NCBI GenBank assembly: GCA_001820095.1
Contig: MHOO01000004.1
Span: forward strand, 1,749 to 65,748
Reading direction: 5' to 3'
DNA length: 64,000 nt
Origin: Candidatus Staskawiczbacteria bacterium RIFCSPHIGHO2_01_FULL_39_25
GTDB lineage: Bacteria > Patescibacteriota > Minisyncoccia > Minisyncoccales > Staskawiczbacteraceae
Below, piece after piece: positions 63,369 through 64,000 of the stretch. Each line of letters starts with the position of its first letter. Within the stretch, counting starts at the first letter, position 1. The position numbers and the translations under genes were made by a program. The notes below the pieces were generated by a model. That model saw only the letters and a program-made list of their open reading frames with translations. It had not been told where the DNA came from and ran no database searches.

Positions 63369-64000
63369 ATGAATAAAAAGCAGAAAGAATTTACCCAAAT
63401 ATTCACATTTCTCTTTCTGGCAAGTTTTGTGATTATCAACTGGAATGATGTTTCCTGGCTTTTTAATTATAGGGCAATTTCAGGATTAACGTACGATTTT
63501 TTTAACCCTTACCAAAATAAGGGTATCTTAGCAAATGCAAGCAATGAACCAACGCTACCTTCGGTAAATCCCAAGACAGAAATTAAAAATTTTTATGCTT
63601 ATTCTGATAAGCAAAATTCGTTGGAAATACCGAGCATTGGCATTGCGACTCCTTTAGTTATCGGAACGAGCACTGACCAAGGAATTCTAGGAAAAGATTT
63701 AAATAATGGGGCAGTATATTATCCGGGTTCGGTAACGCCAGGCGAGAAAGGACAAGGGGTGATTTTAGGGCATTCGGCTCCTCCAAATTGGCCTCGCATA
63801 AAGTATGATTGGATTTTCACGAATATTAATAATTTAAACTATAACGATAAAGTAATACTTTACTTCAATAATAGGGAATATATTTATAGGGTTAGGGGAA
63901 AAGATATTATTGAGGCAGGACAAGAGGTTGGTGCGAATGATTTAGTGGCAAAGAATAATGTATTGACGCTTATCAGTTGCTGGCCGCCAGGGAAAGATTA
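63369..64000 (+). CDS. sortase family transpeptidase (3' end off-window)
   Basis: Not in the ORF track because there is no stop in the window. TM anchor, GHSAPP (catalytic His region) and LTLISCWP (TLxTC Cys motif). Confidence 0.8.
   Translation, partial: MNKKQKEFTQIFTFLFLASFVIINWNDVSWLFNYRAISGLTYDFFNPYQNKGILANASNEPTLPSVNPKTEIKNFYAYSDKQNSLEIPSIGIATPLVIGTSTDQGILGKDLNNGAVYYPGSVTPGEKGQGVILGHSAPPNWPRIKYDWIFTNINNLNYNDKVILYFNNREYIYRVRGKDIIEAGQEVGANDLVAKNNVLTLISCWPPGKD

Overview
This is an AT-rich bacterial contig, roughly one-third G+C by eye (not computed). It looks like a Candidate Phyla Radiation / Patescibacteria genome, probably Parcubacteria-like. The grounds are short Shine-Dalgarno-less genes with an A-rich AAA(T/C)TATG start context, rplK not followed by rplA, a single-chain PheRS, a peptidoglycan/sortase cluster and a giant TIG-repeat surface protein.

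**Layout**
- **1-14.8 kb, accessory:** a DUF2130 protein, a zeta-like P-loop kinase, and a compact restriction-modification island. The island holds a RadC/JAB-Dcm fusion, an endonuclease, Vsr, an AAA_13-like ATPase with a degenerate P-loop and a membrane winged-helix protein, and is bracketed by a 26-nt hairpin repeat. It is followed by a chain of higher-GC, SD-bearing orphan genes.
- **Modular repeats between the orphan genes:** I call the modules L1, L2, M and R1-R4. All of them join at the core TCGCGCA.
- **15-64 kb, core genes:** ABC exporter, pheS, gyrB, secE-nusG-rplK, tmk-thyA-folA, gatB, miaA, thrS, dnaE, rnhB, rpmF, nusB, rnc, rpsP, mreCD-mrdA, lysS, serS, murF, femAB, ftsQ and sortase. 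Three isolated higher-GC orphan insertions interrupt them.

**Most notable observations**
1. A complete tRNA gene is nested in the anticodon loop of a paralogous tRNA, and each is clamped by its own 12-bp leader/trailer helix.
2. The L1 and L2 repeats show a clear synonymous-substitution (coding) signature on the minus strand. A 139-nt element is inserted exactly at their start codons.
3. A MITE-like family has 20-bp terminal inverted repeats, with five copies in the window.
4. A promoter-to-terminator, hairpin-rich noncoding unit of about 420 nt has no recognisable RNA family.
5. Intergenic spacers are built from short 'words' arranged as imperfect inverted arrays with roughly helical phasing.

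No rRNA, CRISPR array, integrase or transposase gene is visible. All family names come from motif recognition and memory, not from searches.
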